64,000 nt of DNA from Octopus vulgaris (Eukaryota). Position 1 is the first letter of the stretch, and every line of letters begins with the position of its first letter. Shown here one piece after another: positions 1 through 12,805 of the stretch. The notes below the pieces were generated by a model that was given only the letters and a program-made list of their open reading frames with translations, had not been told where the DNA came from and searched no databases. The stretch covers positions 80,414,001-80,478,000 of the forward strand of contig OX597826.1 of assembly GCA_951406725.2 (NCBI GenBank). Reading direction: 5' to 3'. The translations under genes and the position numbers were made by a program.

Positions 1-241
1 AGCCTCGCCGCCAACACCACCGCCACCACCATACTCAGCAACAATTTCATCAATACAACTACAACTACTACTGCTGCTACTGCTGCTACCGTTGCTGCTG
101 CTGCTGCTGCTGCTGCTGCCATTATTGTCACATATACATCTCTGCTGCCACCGACATCATCGCCGTCGCCAGCAGTTACAGTTGTTTCTTTGTCGTCGAA
201 CGTCGCCGAGACTGGCAGCATCCGAATGATGCCCTTGTCTC
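1..241 (-). other. Possible coding exon (low confidence), runs off the window start
   Basis: Minus strand: (CT)n tract and ...tgttctgtctgccAG acceptor (AG at 243-242), then an open frame DKGIIRMLPVSATFDDKETTVTAGDGDDVGGSRDVYVTIMAAAAAAAAATVAAVAAVVVVVVLMKLLLSMVVAVVLAAR with a hydrophobic tail. A plus-strand frame is also open, so this is ambiguous. Confidence 0.25.
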
Positions 242-276
242 CTGGCAGACAGAACATCAGATCGATCGTTGTGTAC

Positions 277-279
<3 letters not shown>

Positions 280-362
<83 letters not shown>
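280..362. repeat. (GA)n microsatellite
   Basis: Pure AG dinucleotide run. Confidence 0.98.
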
Positions 363-365
<3 letters not shown>

Positions 366-515
366 AGAGAGAAAGAGAGAGGAAGACAAACAGACAGACA
401 GAACTAGAGGGAGGGAGAGAACAATTGTCAGGTAGAAGAGGGAGGCGGAGGGACACGGAGCTAGACAGAGAAGTCAGACAATAGAGATGTAGACAAGTCT
501 TGTAGATATATATAC

Positions 516-973
516 AGTTATTTGACTGCGGCCATGCAGGAGCAAATCGACCCCAGGACTTATACTTTGTAAGCCTAGTACTTATTCAATCGGGCTCTTA
601 TGCCGAACCGCTAAGTTACGGGGACGTAAACACACCAGCATCGGTTGTCAAATGAGGTTGAGGGGACAAACACAGACACACAAACATACACACACACACA
701 TATATATATATTTTTATTTTTATTTATTTTATTTTATCTAGTTTCAGCTCACGAGCTGTGGCCATGCTGGGGCACGGCCATTTGATGTTGCAACATGATT
801 TTACTTCACGAATGCTTTGTAGCAATTGCCATTTGGTGCACGAGAGAGTTTGATGCAGCTGCCCTCATCTGCCCTCATCTGCACCTCCTGTCGTGAAGTT
901 GGTTCATCTGGGACACCTGACAGGAAGAGATCCAGTTTTATTTTAAAGACATTTGCATATATGTATGTATTTA

Positions 974-1034
<61 letters not shown>

Positions 1035-1303
1035 GTATAAGTTAGTGGTGTTTAAACCCTCTAAGTGATATATGTATCCAAAGACACTCCTAAGTAAGTG
1101 TGGTCCTTGGTATAAGGTATACGGCTGCTGCAGGTAATCTAAACGGTAAACCGTAGTTTAATGTATATATAGACGATAAGAAAATGGAGCAAAAACAAAA
1201 ATGAGAAGTGTGTCTTCGGTGCTAAAAAGCCATTGTTTAATTAGTAATAGCTTTCTAGCACCAAAGACACACTTCTCATTGTTGTTTTCCCCATTTTCTT
1301 ATC

Positions 1304-1352
<49 letters not shown>

Positions 1353-1573
1353 GACAATCAGTAAGTTTTCGTAATAGAACTCAGAGTTTCAAATGCCGGA
1401 GCTAAGAACTTCGAGGTATTTTCATCGGGTGTTTTTTTTCGGCTAACACTCACAAGGCTTTGGTCGGTCCGAGGCTATAGTAGAAGACACTTGCCTAAGG
1501 AGCCAGGCAGTGGGACTGAACGCGGAACAATGTGGCTGGGAAGCAAACTGCTTACCACACAGCCACGCCTGCG
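516..1573 (-). mobile_element. SINE family A copy split by nested insertions (3' half 516-~700, 5' half ~1447-1573)
   Basis: Both halves are reverse complements of the full copy at 30822-31200. Confidence 0.8.
722..950 (-). mobile_element. CR1-like LINE 3' end fragment
   Basis: Minus strand reads VFKIKLDLFLSGVPDEPTSRQEVQMRA(dup)AASNSL, similar to the LINE C-terminus at 21830-21940; then tail gtgccccagcatggccacagctcgtgagctgaaactag and (AAAAT/AAAT)n. Confidence 0.75.
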
Positions 1574-1751
1574 AGAGAGAGGAGGGAAATATATAGAGAT
1601 GGGCATAAATATAAACTTACAGAAATTGAGACATGCATGCATACATACATACATGTCTGTGTGCGTGTGTGTGTAAACATATATGTATTTATGTATGTAT
1701 ATATGGATGTATGTATGCATAAACATACACACACACATAAACATATATATA

Positions 1752-2540
1752 CGTGGTCTGATTAATAAGTATCCGGACTGTTGCCATAGTAACGAAGCTA
1801 AATCACTTAGAGTGAAGCTATTTGGCACAGATTGGCATCGAGCTCTGCAGTGCACGCGCACTAATTTTTACCGTTCTAGCTTACTTCCACTGTTTACAGC
1901 AGTGCTTGGAAGGAAGGTGTGTAGTGTGTGATCGTCGCATTGACCATGACAGAGAAAGTTGAGCAGAGAATCTGCGTCAAATTTTGCCAAAAGCTTGGCG
2001 ACACAATCAAGGAGATCTTATGCAAATAAAACCCGAGTGTCTTTTTGGTCAGCTGAAAGCGGTTTGGGCACAAACTTGACACACACGCGTCTCATACCCA
2101 AATCTTAAGTGATAATGGACTGAACCGTAACTAATCTGCAATCCTCTGCTAACTCACGGATGGTGATTTGACGATTTCTCTTCACAGCTACACGCACATC
2201 TGAGATGTTTTTCTAAGTTCTGCTGGTTGCGGGACTCCCAGAACGTTCGTCAATATCGACATATTTTCAGCCATCTTGGAAACATCTGAATCACTCGTAC
2301 ACTTGTGTGTGGCTCATACATTCATCTCCATACACACTCTGCAAATTTGCGTACGCCTCTGAGTAGGTATCGCCATGACAACTTTCTCTGTCATGGTCAA
2401 TGCGACGATCACACGCTACACACCTTCCTTCCAAGCACTGTTGTAAACAGCGGAAGTGAGCTAGAACATCAAAACTTAGTGCGCATATTCAGTTCAACGT
2501 CAATCTTTGCCAAGTGCCTTCACTTACTGATCACACCTCG
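1752..2540. mobile_element. Mariner-derived non-autonomous element made of two inverted 5' ends
   Basis: TA|CGTGGTCTGATTAATAAGT ... ACTTACTGATCACACCTCG|TA termini; plus-strand MTEKVEQRICVKFCQKLGD from 1947; minus-strand decayed transposase N-terminus (ERSGSP...LGMRRV); ~1855-1971 inverted at ~2385-2484. Confidence 0.85.
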
Positions 2541-3323
2541 TATATAATGTTTCCACAAACCTCATGGATCCTTTCTTTTAATGGATTCTAAATTCCATCA
2601 CAGGACAAATTATTTATCTTACTCAGAAAATCCCTGTGTACTGACAGTATCTTAACTTTATTGACATTGATCCGTTTAGGTAACTTGACATTGTTTATTC
2701 TAATCTTAAGTTTGACAACAAAATTGACCTGAGAACGCTAATGGCCGGGTCATCCATCAAAGAAGCCACGGGAATTGAGTAAAACTTTGTCAATTATAAT
2801 ACAGCTATTGTTGAGAAGAGAACATGTGACACCCGTTGAAAGGTATGCCGTTCAGTTGGAAGATTAAAAAGACTTCATACTATGGCACCGGTTCCTTCTG
2901 CCAGCCAGCACAACCGAGCGTTATGCAATAAAATGTGAAAATCTTTGGCGGGGCTCAAGAGTCATATAAGGGCCTCATACGGCATTATCAATGACTCACT
3001 TCAATGCTTCTTTCTAGCAATGACTTTGCTCGTATACGAGAAAGCAGCCACTATTTATGTATGTATGTATATATGTATTGACATACATATAGGAACGAAG
3101 GGAACGTTGGTTGTTAAAGTTAAGTGGAGTACATTTAATTATTTGTTACTTCTATTTTTCCCCACATGGTAGGGATATTTAGGAATATTCAGCTGCTGTT
3201 TCTTGCAGGGCGAGTGGCTTGCTCGAGACTTTCTTTTGCTCCTGGCCTTAATTTTTATCGCTTATTGTTTGTTTTTTGTCGTGTATTTTGTTTTTAGTTT
3301 TGTTTGTTTTGCATGAAAGGGAT

Positions 3324-3389
<66 letters not shown>

Positions 3390-3459
3390 ATTTCGTATCG
3401 TGTATTTGAATGTTTTGCGTTCTTGTCCCATTTTGTATTTTTATATATATTTTTTATAC

Positions 3460-3491
<32 letters not shown>

Positions 3492-3644
3492 GACTGAAAC
3501 AAATAAAAGAATATATATATATACATATTCTTTTATCTGTTTCAGACATTTGACTGCGGCCATGCTGGAGCACTGCCTTTAATCGAAAAAATCGCCCCCA
3601 CGACTTACGCTTTGCTAAGTTACGGGGACGTGAATACACCAACG

Positions 3645-4470
<826 letters not shown>

Positions 4471-5303
4471 TTGGGGCTGTTCTTGTTATTGTAGCAAATC
4501 ATTGTTTCTTATTATTTCAAGTCTAAAAACAATGAAAAAAAAAACAACAACAAAAGCTTCGATGATGAAATGATTTAGGGAAAATGTGTGAAGATTATTT
4601 CAAGATGTTTTCACTCCCCCTCCATCGCCCCTATTTAACAACAACTACAATAACAACAACAACAACGATAACAAGGCGGGAAAGGCCAACAGTAAATAAA
4701 CAAATATTCAATAGGGATTTGTTGGCCAAATCGTTCAGTGCCACTTCAAGTAAGTGATGTTCAAGGAACGACTGAAGTTGAGAGGCATAGGAGAGTAATG
4801 TGCAGGGGAGAGCATGTGGGAGAGCGTGTAGGGACAGCTGTGTAGTTACATATATATATGCGTGTGTGCGTGTGCGCGTGCGTGTGTGGCTGTGTGCGAA
4901 TGTGACCTTTTATGCATATGTGTGTGTGAGTGTGTGTGCGAGTGTGTTGAGTACTCCGAAGCCTTTGGGAACGCAAGGGATATTAAAATGAACGATATGA
5001 GAAGAGGAAGAAAAAATAGGAAGAGAAATGGAGAGTGGCAGAGAGGGAGAGAGAGGAATGAAAGGATGAGGGGTGGGAGAAATGGGGCAGAGGAAGGAGG
5101 GGGTGAGTGGAAGAATTAGATAGACAAGATAGATAGATAGATAGATTGACAGACAGATTGATTGATAGTGTGAAAGGAGAAAATATTAAGAGAGTAATCA
5201 AGAGATTGATACACATATACACAGGCACACGCACACATATGCATATATAAATATATATACATATACATACATACATATATATATTATATTTATATATATA
5301 TAT

Positions 5304-5346
<43 letters not shown>

Positions 5347-5381
5347 AATATATATATGCATATATATATATATATATATAT

Positions 5382-5414
<33 letters not shown>

Positions 5415-5800
5415 CACGTGCATACATACATACATACATACATACATACATACATACATACAAGACATAAAACACTTAAGAGAGAGAGAGAGAGAGGGAA
5501 TGTAAAGGAGAGAGAAAAGGGGAGAGCGACAAAGCGGCAGATATTAAACGGGAGAAAATATGTTGAGATTGAAAAGCGGATTTCCTTAAGCTTCCCAAGT
5601 AAAGCTCAGATTGAGAGGGGTGGGGGTGGGGTGGGGGTGGGGATTCGAACACTTAAGATTATCATTAAATGGTAATAATGTTGATAATTTCACATTCTCA
5701 TTAGAACATCACATCTCGTGTAACATTCGCGCGATTGTCAGCTCAAGTGTTTTCATTTCAATTCAGGTGTACCTACGTACATACATGCATACATACATTC

Positions 5801-5847
<47 letters not shown>

Positions 5848-5866
5848 GTATGTATGAATGTAGCAC

Positions 5867-5911
<45 letters not shown>

Positions 5912-5951
5912 ACACACACATTATCGCTTATATAAATGTATGTATGTGTGC

Positions 5952-5996
<45 letters not shown>

Positions 5997-6225
5997 CCTG
6001 CTATGATTCAAATGTACGCACATACACACACATACTTGTAATGTGTATGTATACATGTATATATGTATTTATGTATGCATGTATATACAATATGTGTATG
6101 TATGTAAAGCTTCCCGTTATATATATATATATACATACATACCTATATATACTTCACTTTTGTATATATAGAGAGATAGATTAATTGGTTGATTGATTTC
6201 GTTTTGGGATTTGTCTCGTAAGATT

Positions 6226-6275
6226 CTCCTCGTGAAATCGTGCATTGAGACAAACAGTGTTCTACACTGGTAGGG
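6226..6275 (+). ncRNA. Degenerate hammerhead-like motif (probably inactive)
   Basis: cct-CGTGA-aatc..gag-aCAAA-cagtgt-tct-acactg-gta-ggg: stem III and stem I are recognisable but both core boxes are mutated. Confidence 0.35.
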
Positions 6276-6450
6276 TCAGCCAGTTAATAAAAATACACAC
6301 ACTGGTTGGATTTCACTTCAGTTTTATGACCAACTCATTGCATTATTGCTTAATTAATTTGTAAATTAATTGCTTAGTCACTGTTCTTCCACCATCTATC
6401 CATCTATCTCTCTCTCTCTTTTTCTCCCCGTATGTATCTATATAAGTGTG

Positions 6451-6502
<52 letters not shown>

Positions 6503-6589
6503 CGTATGTATGAATTTTAATTTATGCATGTTTCAGTGAGTGCTTTTGTCGTTTCAGTTGTGTTCGTTGAACTGTTGAAATTGTTGTTG

Positions 6590-7020
6590 GTTTGGCAGCC
6601 AGTTGGTGCCGGATAGAATGCTTAACAGCATTTCTTCTGGCTCCTTACATTCTAAGTTCAAATGCCACCGAAGTCGATTTTGTCTTTCATCCTTTCAAGG
6701 TCGATAAAACAAGAACCAGTTGAGCTCATGGAATCGATGTTATCGACCTCGCATTCCACTAAAACCTGTGCCAAAATTCGAAACAATTATCCAAAGAAAA
6801 GCTAAGGCGGTGAAGTGGCAGAATTTTAATGCGTCGCACAAAATACCTAACGTTATTTCTCTCGACCCGTTACGTTCTGAGTTCAAATATCGCCGGAGTC
6901 AGCTTTGACTTTAAGTACCAGTCAAGTACGGGGGTCGATGGTACGGACTGTCTCCACTTTTTCAAAATTGAAACCCTTATTAAGAAAGCGGGGGCGTGGC
7001 GGAATCGTTACAGTTTCTTA
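6590..7020 (+). mobile_element. SINE family B decayed copies
   Basis: Similar to 15274-15458. Confidence 0.7.
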
Positions 7021-7134
7021 CAAAATGTTTTGATAAATCATTTTTACTCTGTGGCCTCCTAGATTAGATTCGGCAAGGAAGCTACACTCTCTGGCTTAAC
7101 GAAATTCTCCCAGCAGGCGCTGGTCTGGCTGTGT

Positions 7135-7182
7135 GCTCCATGGCCGCAGTCAAATGAATGAAACGAGTAAAAGAATAAAAGA

Positions 7183-7281
<99 letters not shown>

Positions 7282-7412
7282 GGCTTCTTTCGGTTTCCGT
7301 CTAACAAATTCACTCATAAGACTAATTTATCCGAGGTTATAGCAGAAGATATTTGCCCAAGGTGCTACACAGTAGGACCGAACCTGGAAGCATGTGGCTT
7401 AGAGGCATTACA
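7135..7412 (-). mobile_element. SINE family A decayed copy
   Basis: gggcttctttcggtttccgtc...cccaaggtgctacacagtaggaccgaacctggaagcatgtgg matches the reverse complement of the family A head; a plus-strand tail fragment lies at 7135-7180. Confidence 0.7.
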
Positions 7413-7413
7413 A

Positions 7414-7452
<39 letters not shown>

Positions 7453-7456
7453 TGTA

Positions 7457-7488
<32 letters not shown>

Positions 7489-7543
7489 CTTGTACGTATT
7501 TCACTCATTGTAGTTCTTCGGTTTATATACCAATATATACATA

Positions 7544-8416
7544 TCTACTACATATGTGGGGAATTCTGTCTGTGGATGTGTTTGTGGAGTTGTTAGCTAA
7601 CTCCTCCTACATCGTTTTATCGATTTTGATGAAACTTGACATGTGAGTAGAACTCATGTCTAGAAACCTCGTGACATATTCATATTATTGAAAAATTCAA
7701 TAATAGGGCCCCTGGAAGGGATCCTTATCCATATCTAATATATTTCATTCTAACAGCCAAGGGAAATAACCCATTCATTTTCGTAAATCAATTGGTATAA
7801 ATAAAATTGAGTATGCCTTTTTCTTAGTATTTGAACAACGGGAGTTATTTTTCGCAATTTATCCAGTACAACCCTAAAACAAGTAAATAGTATTTTCCTA
7901 AACAATAGATCCACTTGTTTCGGTTAGTAACGTATTCACGATTATACCAACACTAGCGCCGCTAAGGGTAATATTCTCTGGGAACGCACAAAAGTTGTTT
8001 ACAGAGTTATTTATTCTGAATTGTTATTATCTCATATTTGATTAGCCTGTTATTACGTAACAGGCTTCATGATTTTAGTATATATATTATTATACTTATT
8101 AGTATTTCCTCCTAAGTTCTATATACTCTGGAAATGCATTAAAGTCCTTTTCGGGGTTACTATATTTGAATTCTTACTATCGGGTAACTAAGTTCATGTT
8201 ATTACATAACCGAGTTCACAATTTGGGTATTCATAACTTATGGGGAATTTCTAAAAACAAGATTCTGCCTATGACAGTTCGGTATTCTCTAAAAATGCAC
8301 AAAATCTGTTTTAAGTGCTACATACTTTGTAGTGTTGTTTTTGGATTAGCGAAACAATTATGAGAAAGGAATCAAGGGATAAGCTCTGCTTTCCCGGGAA
8401 TTACCAGGCACGTCAG

Positions 8417-8420
<4 letters not shown>
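7544..8420 (+). mobile_element. Non-autonomous Helitron-like element
   Basis: A|TCTACTA 5' end; 3' imperfect GC hairpin cccgggaattaccagg followed by ...gCTAA|T (CTRR); internal cgattttgatgaaacttg motif. Confidence 0.55.
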
Positions 8421-8475
<55 letters not shown>

Positions 8476-8477
8476 AT

Positions 8478-8625
8478 AGTTGAAATTTATAGTGTATGAA
8501 CAGGAAGCAGGAGTGTTAATTTGATGCGCGGGAAAGTGAAAAAATCTTTTACATTTCGAGCCTATGCTCTTCAACAGAAGGGAATAAGAGAAAATATACA
8601 GAGGGAGAATTTTAAAAAAACAATA
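8478..8625 (-). mobile_element. (TA)n-embedded Penelope-like repeat fragment with minimal hammerhead-like motif (8546-8580)
   Basis: Minus: CTT-CTGTTGA-A-GAGC-atag-GCTC-GAAA-TG-TA-AAAG; same family as 60160-60357. Confidence 0.6.
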
Positions 8626-8934
8626 TATACATCAAATTAATACTCCTGCTTCCTGTTCATACACTATAAATTTCAACTATATACATACACATATATATAT
8701 ATATATATTAGCTGACGTGCCTGGTAATATATATATAGTCACAATGTGGATTTTTAAATCTCTTAAAGGGATATTTTATCCAAAATAAAATGGTTTATTA
8801 TATTATATTTTGAAGCGATATTTCTTCAATGCATATGTTATGTAAAATATCGTAAAATAGCAAACATTACAGTCGAGTTAGACAACAGAGAGATTTAATG
8901 GCTACAAATTAATTTATTAATTACTTAACATATT

Positions 8935-9035
8935 CACCAACAATTGTTTCATTTCACAAACAGAATAAAAATTACAAAACATATAGATATATGATCTTGC
9001 ATTTTAAATACCTTGTATCGAATCTCATCAGGGTG
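8935..9035 (-). ncRNA. Type I hammerhead ribozyme motif with long stem II insert
   Basis: Minus: CACC-CTGATGA-GATTC...~65 nt...GAAAT-GAAA-C-AATT-G-TT-GGTG; stem I CACC/GGTG; palindromic stem III ACAATTGT; base of stem II imperfect. Confidence 0.6.
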
Positions 9036-9137
9036 TACAAATGACAATAGAGATTACATTAGGATACATTTGGAATACTCGGAATAAATTAACTATTTAA
9101 ATACAAGGTATTTAAAATGCAAAATTATATATTTATA

Positions 9138-9560
9138 TCAGATCATCCAATAAGTTCTGTCCGAATTTTGAATAAAGAAAACAAGTGATCAAATGTTATA
9201 TTTAATTGAAATTTAATCATCAATGTACTTTCCCTGATTATCTATGACTTCCTTCCATCTATTTACAAGCTTTTTAAATCCCATCAATGCAAAACTCTTT
9301 TGGTTTCAAAGTGAAGAACTCTGAAATGTCAGTTTCGACCTCCTCCTGGTTTCCGAAAGTTATGTCCTCCAAATGATTCTGTAAACTACGAAACAAAGGT
9401 AGTCTGAAGGAGCAAGGTCGAGAGAATAAGGTGGAGGAAGAATTTTTTCCCAACCAAGCTCTTCGATCTTCTGTAATGTGATCTTTGCAGTGTGGGGTCG
9501 CGCATTGTCCCGATGAAACATCACTCCGTATCGATTCACTAAAACAGGTATTTTTCTTAT
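9138..9560 (-). mobile_element. Mariner transposase 3' relic with terminal repeat
   Basis: GVMFHRDNARPHTAKITLQKIEELGWEKILPPPYSLDLAPSDY (mariner HDNARPH and YSPDLAPSDY motifs); terminus tcagatcatccaataagttctgtccg. Confidence 0.92.
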
Positions 9561-9669
9561 CTTATCATATACGCACACACAGGTTTACATACATACGTAG
9601 ATACATACACACATACATACATACACACACACATACATACATACATACATACATACATACATACATACA

Positions 9670-9700
<31 letters not shown>

Positions 9701-10037
9701 GCAATCACGACTATAATAAGATTTTTAAACATCGAATGCTTATGAGGGTCCAGCCAAGTAAACTAGGAATCAAAGAGGTCCATAAGTAAAGGGGGGGGAA
9801 CAAACGGTTTGCAAACCATTGACTTTACCGACTTAACACATCGTCGCAACATCATTGGCCTTATGCCTAAATTGTTGGAATCATTATTGTTTTTATATAC
9901 TCCACACCTGAACACCAACCCATGGACATGAGTATATATGCGCTTAGATATGACATGCGTGTTTGTACGTCCATATACATACATGCATGTGCCTATATAT
10001 GCATGCAGCTATATGTGTAAGCACAAACACAAAATAA

Positions 10038-10123
<86 letters not shown>

Positions 10124-10411
10124 GAGAAGAATTTATCAACTGTAAATTGAAAGTAAACGTAATTAAAAAGTTAGTTGGATTATAACTTAATTTAGTTGGA
10201 TAATTCCTAACTTTGGCACAACGCCATATTTTAGGGGTCGCGGGGCGGGTGGTATTGGGGGGTGGGGATAATGTTGATTTAATGTGCCACGCTACTTGAA
10301 TGTTAATTATTTTATCGACGCGAGAATGAAGAAAAGGAAATTATACGAACCGAAGTTGCATTATAAAGTCCTGCAAGTTATCTTCTACGGCACACTTCTG
10401 TTCCACCAACC

Positions 10412-10621
10412 CAATAATAATAATAATGATGGTGGTGATGATGATGATGATGAGGAGGAGGAGGAGGAGGAGGAGGAGGAGGACGAGGACGAGGAGGACG
10501 ACGACGACGATAACGATGACGATGGCAACGACGACGATGACAACGTCAAGAAGAAGAAGAAAAAGAAGAAGAAGAAGAAGAAGAAGAAAGAGAAGAAGAA
10601 GAAGAAGAAGAAAGAGAAGAC

Positions 10622-10653
<32 letters not shown>

Positions 10654-10654
10654 A

Positions 10655-10685
<31 letters not shown>

Positions 10686-10866
10686 AAGAAGAAGAAGAAG
10701 AAAGAGAACAAGAAGAAGAAGAAGAAGAAGAAGAGGAGGAAGAAGAATAAGAAGAAGAAGAAGAAGATGAAAAAGAAGAAGAAGAAGAAGAAGAAGAAGA
10801 AGAAGAAGAAGAAGAAGAAGAAGAAGAAGAAGAAGAAGAAGAAGAAGAAGAAGAAGAAGAAGAAGA
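10412..10866. repeat. Compound trinucleotide microsatellite (AAT/GAT/GAG/GAC/GAA)
   Basis: Direct inspection; ~320 bp of (GAA)n. Confidence 0.97.
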
Positions 10867-11288
10867 ATGGAAAAGTTGGAAAAGATAGAGAAATACAATG
10901 AACATTAAACAGGGCGCTTACAGAATTGCGTGAGGGGCGGGGAAGAAAGGTTACGCGAATGCGAGAAGAATGGGGAAGGACATCATATAATTAAAACGGG
11001 ACAAATGTAATACATTTATAAAATTATACGGAAAGAAACGAAAAGATTCACAGAATACAATAATTAAAATAAGATTTAGTTAAAACGAAATATATCAATT
11101 ATTTATTTCTTTTGCGTTCTCTTGGATTAGATTGTTGTTGCAATGACACTGTTTGGTTTTACAAAATTCTCTTTTATTCTAGGAATTATATTGAATCAAA
11201 AAATTCTGTTTGTGTTATAACAGAGGCCTAACACAACTGCTATAGGAACAATTCAAACATGTTTGTCTGTGTGTGTAATACTGCAGTT

Positions 11289-11673
11289 GTGGAGGCGCAA
11301 TGGCCCAGTGGTTAGGGCAGCGGACTCGCGGTCATAGGATCGCGGTTTCGATTCCCAGACCGGGCGTTGTGAGTGTTTATTGAGCGAAAACACCTAAAAC
11401 TCCACGAGTCTCCACAGGGATGGTGGTGATCCCTGCTGTACTCTTTCACCACAACTTTCTCTCACTCTTACTTCCTGTTTCTGTTGTACTTGTATTTCAA
11501 AGGGCCGGCCTTGTCCCTCTCTGTGTCACGCTGAATATCCCCGAGAACTACTTTAAGGGTACACGTGTCTGTGGAGTGCTCAGCCACTTACACGTTAATT
11601 TCACGAGCAGGCTGTTCTGTTGATTCGGATCAACCGGAACCCTCATCGTCGTAACCGACGGAGTGCTTCCACC
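11289..11673 (+). mobile_element. Full-length tRNA-derived SINE family C with 12-bp TSD
   Basis: A box tggcccagtgg, B-box-like ggtttcgattccc; flanked by aatactgcagtt at 11277-11288 and 11674-11685. Confidence 0.92.
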
Positions 11674-12377
11674 AATACTGCAGTTACCGTTATCTTGAAA
11701 ATTATTGAAAATATTTCCAACTGTCTAACAGTTGGAAATATTTTTTTCTATAAATCGTTTAATAAAGGGTTTATTTTCTTCTTTCGTCACTGAGGTGTGA
11801 TATATTTTTGTACTGTTCTTTTTATCTTATTGTAATATTTTGCTTTTGTAAAAACGTTTTGATATGAAATGCAGTCAAAATGTGTAAGCAAATAAAATAA
11901 CTCCCCTTTATTTACTCCTGGTATTGCGGGAGGCAGTTCTAAGATAGTTAGAACCTTTGTCGACGAGTGTTCCAAAGAAAATTTTTCATATATTTGAACA
12001 AAATCGTACAACGTAGAGAGAAGAAAATACGTGTTAACGCCAAGAGAGTCAATGATATTAATAATGCTCCCTAATTAGGAGGGAAGGGCTAGTCGATTAT
12101 ATCGACCCCAGTGCGTAAATGGTACTTATTTCATCGAAACCCGAAAGGATATCAGGCCAAGTCCACCTCGGCAGAATTTGAACTCAAATAACAAAGACAC
12201 CAGGACTTACATGTATATATAACATATAGCACTACTAGGCATCGCACACATCCTACGTGAAACACTTTCAATACAGTAAAAATAAGAGCGCCAAAACAAA
12301 CCGCAGCACATACCCAAGGCACACAAAGCTGCGCTCGGTAGTGCAGTGATAGCACGTGATAAAAATAAGACTACTGA

Positions 12378-12388
12378 ATAATAATAAC

Positions 12389-12459
<71 letters not shown>

Positions 12460-12482
12460 TAATTATAATAATAATAATGATG

Positions 12483-12558
<76 letters not shown>

Positions 12559-12563
12559 TGAGG

Positions 12564-12629
<66 letters not shown>

Positions 12630-12805
12630 GTAATAATAATGATGATGATGATGATGATGATGATAATAATAATAATAATAATGATGATGATGATGATGAT
12701 GATGATAATAATAATAATGATGATGATGATAATGATAATAATAATAATAATAATAATAATGATATTGATGATGATCATGATCATGATGATAATAATAATA
12801 ATAAT
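12378..12805. repeat. (AAT)n/(GAT)n microsatellite
   Basis: Direct inspection. Confidence 0.97.

Noticed and set aside
2833-2860. CCGTTGA-AAGGTATGCC, like the CUGUNGA family
   Set aside because: GAAA box missing; too degraded to support
4715-4749. Possible plus-strand micro-exon (tag|GGATTT...TTCAA|gtaagt)
   Set aside because: No polypyrimidine tract and no recognisable peptide
10284-10901. 205-aa poly-D/E/K ORF and similar homopolymeric ORFs (12356-12826, 17190-18057, 23850-24476)
   Set aside because: Translations of microsatellites, open in several frames; no splice or domain evidence
11289-11365. tRNA-like sequences at SINE heads (also 16560, 32438, 46912, ~33000)
   Set aside because: They continue into SINE bodies and lack a complete cloverleaf; not tRNA genes
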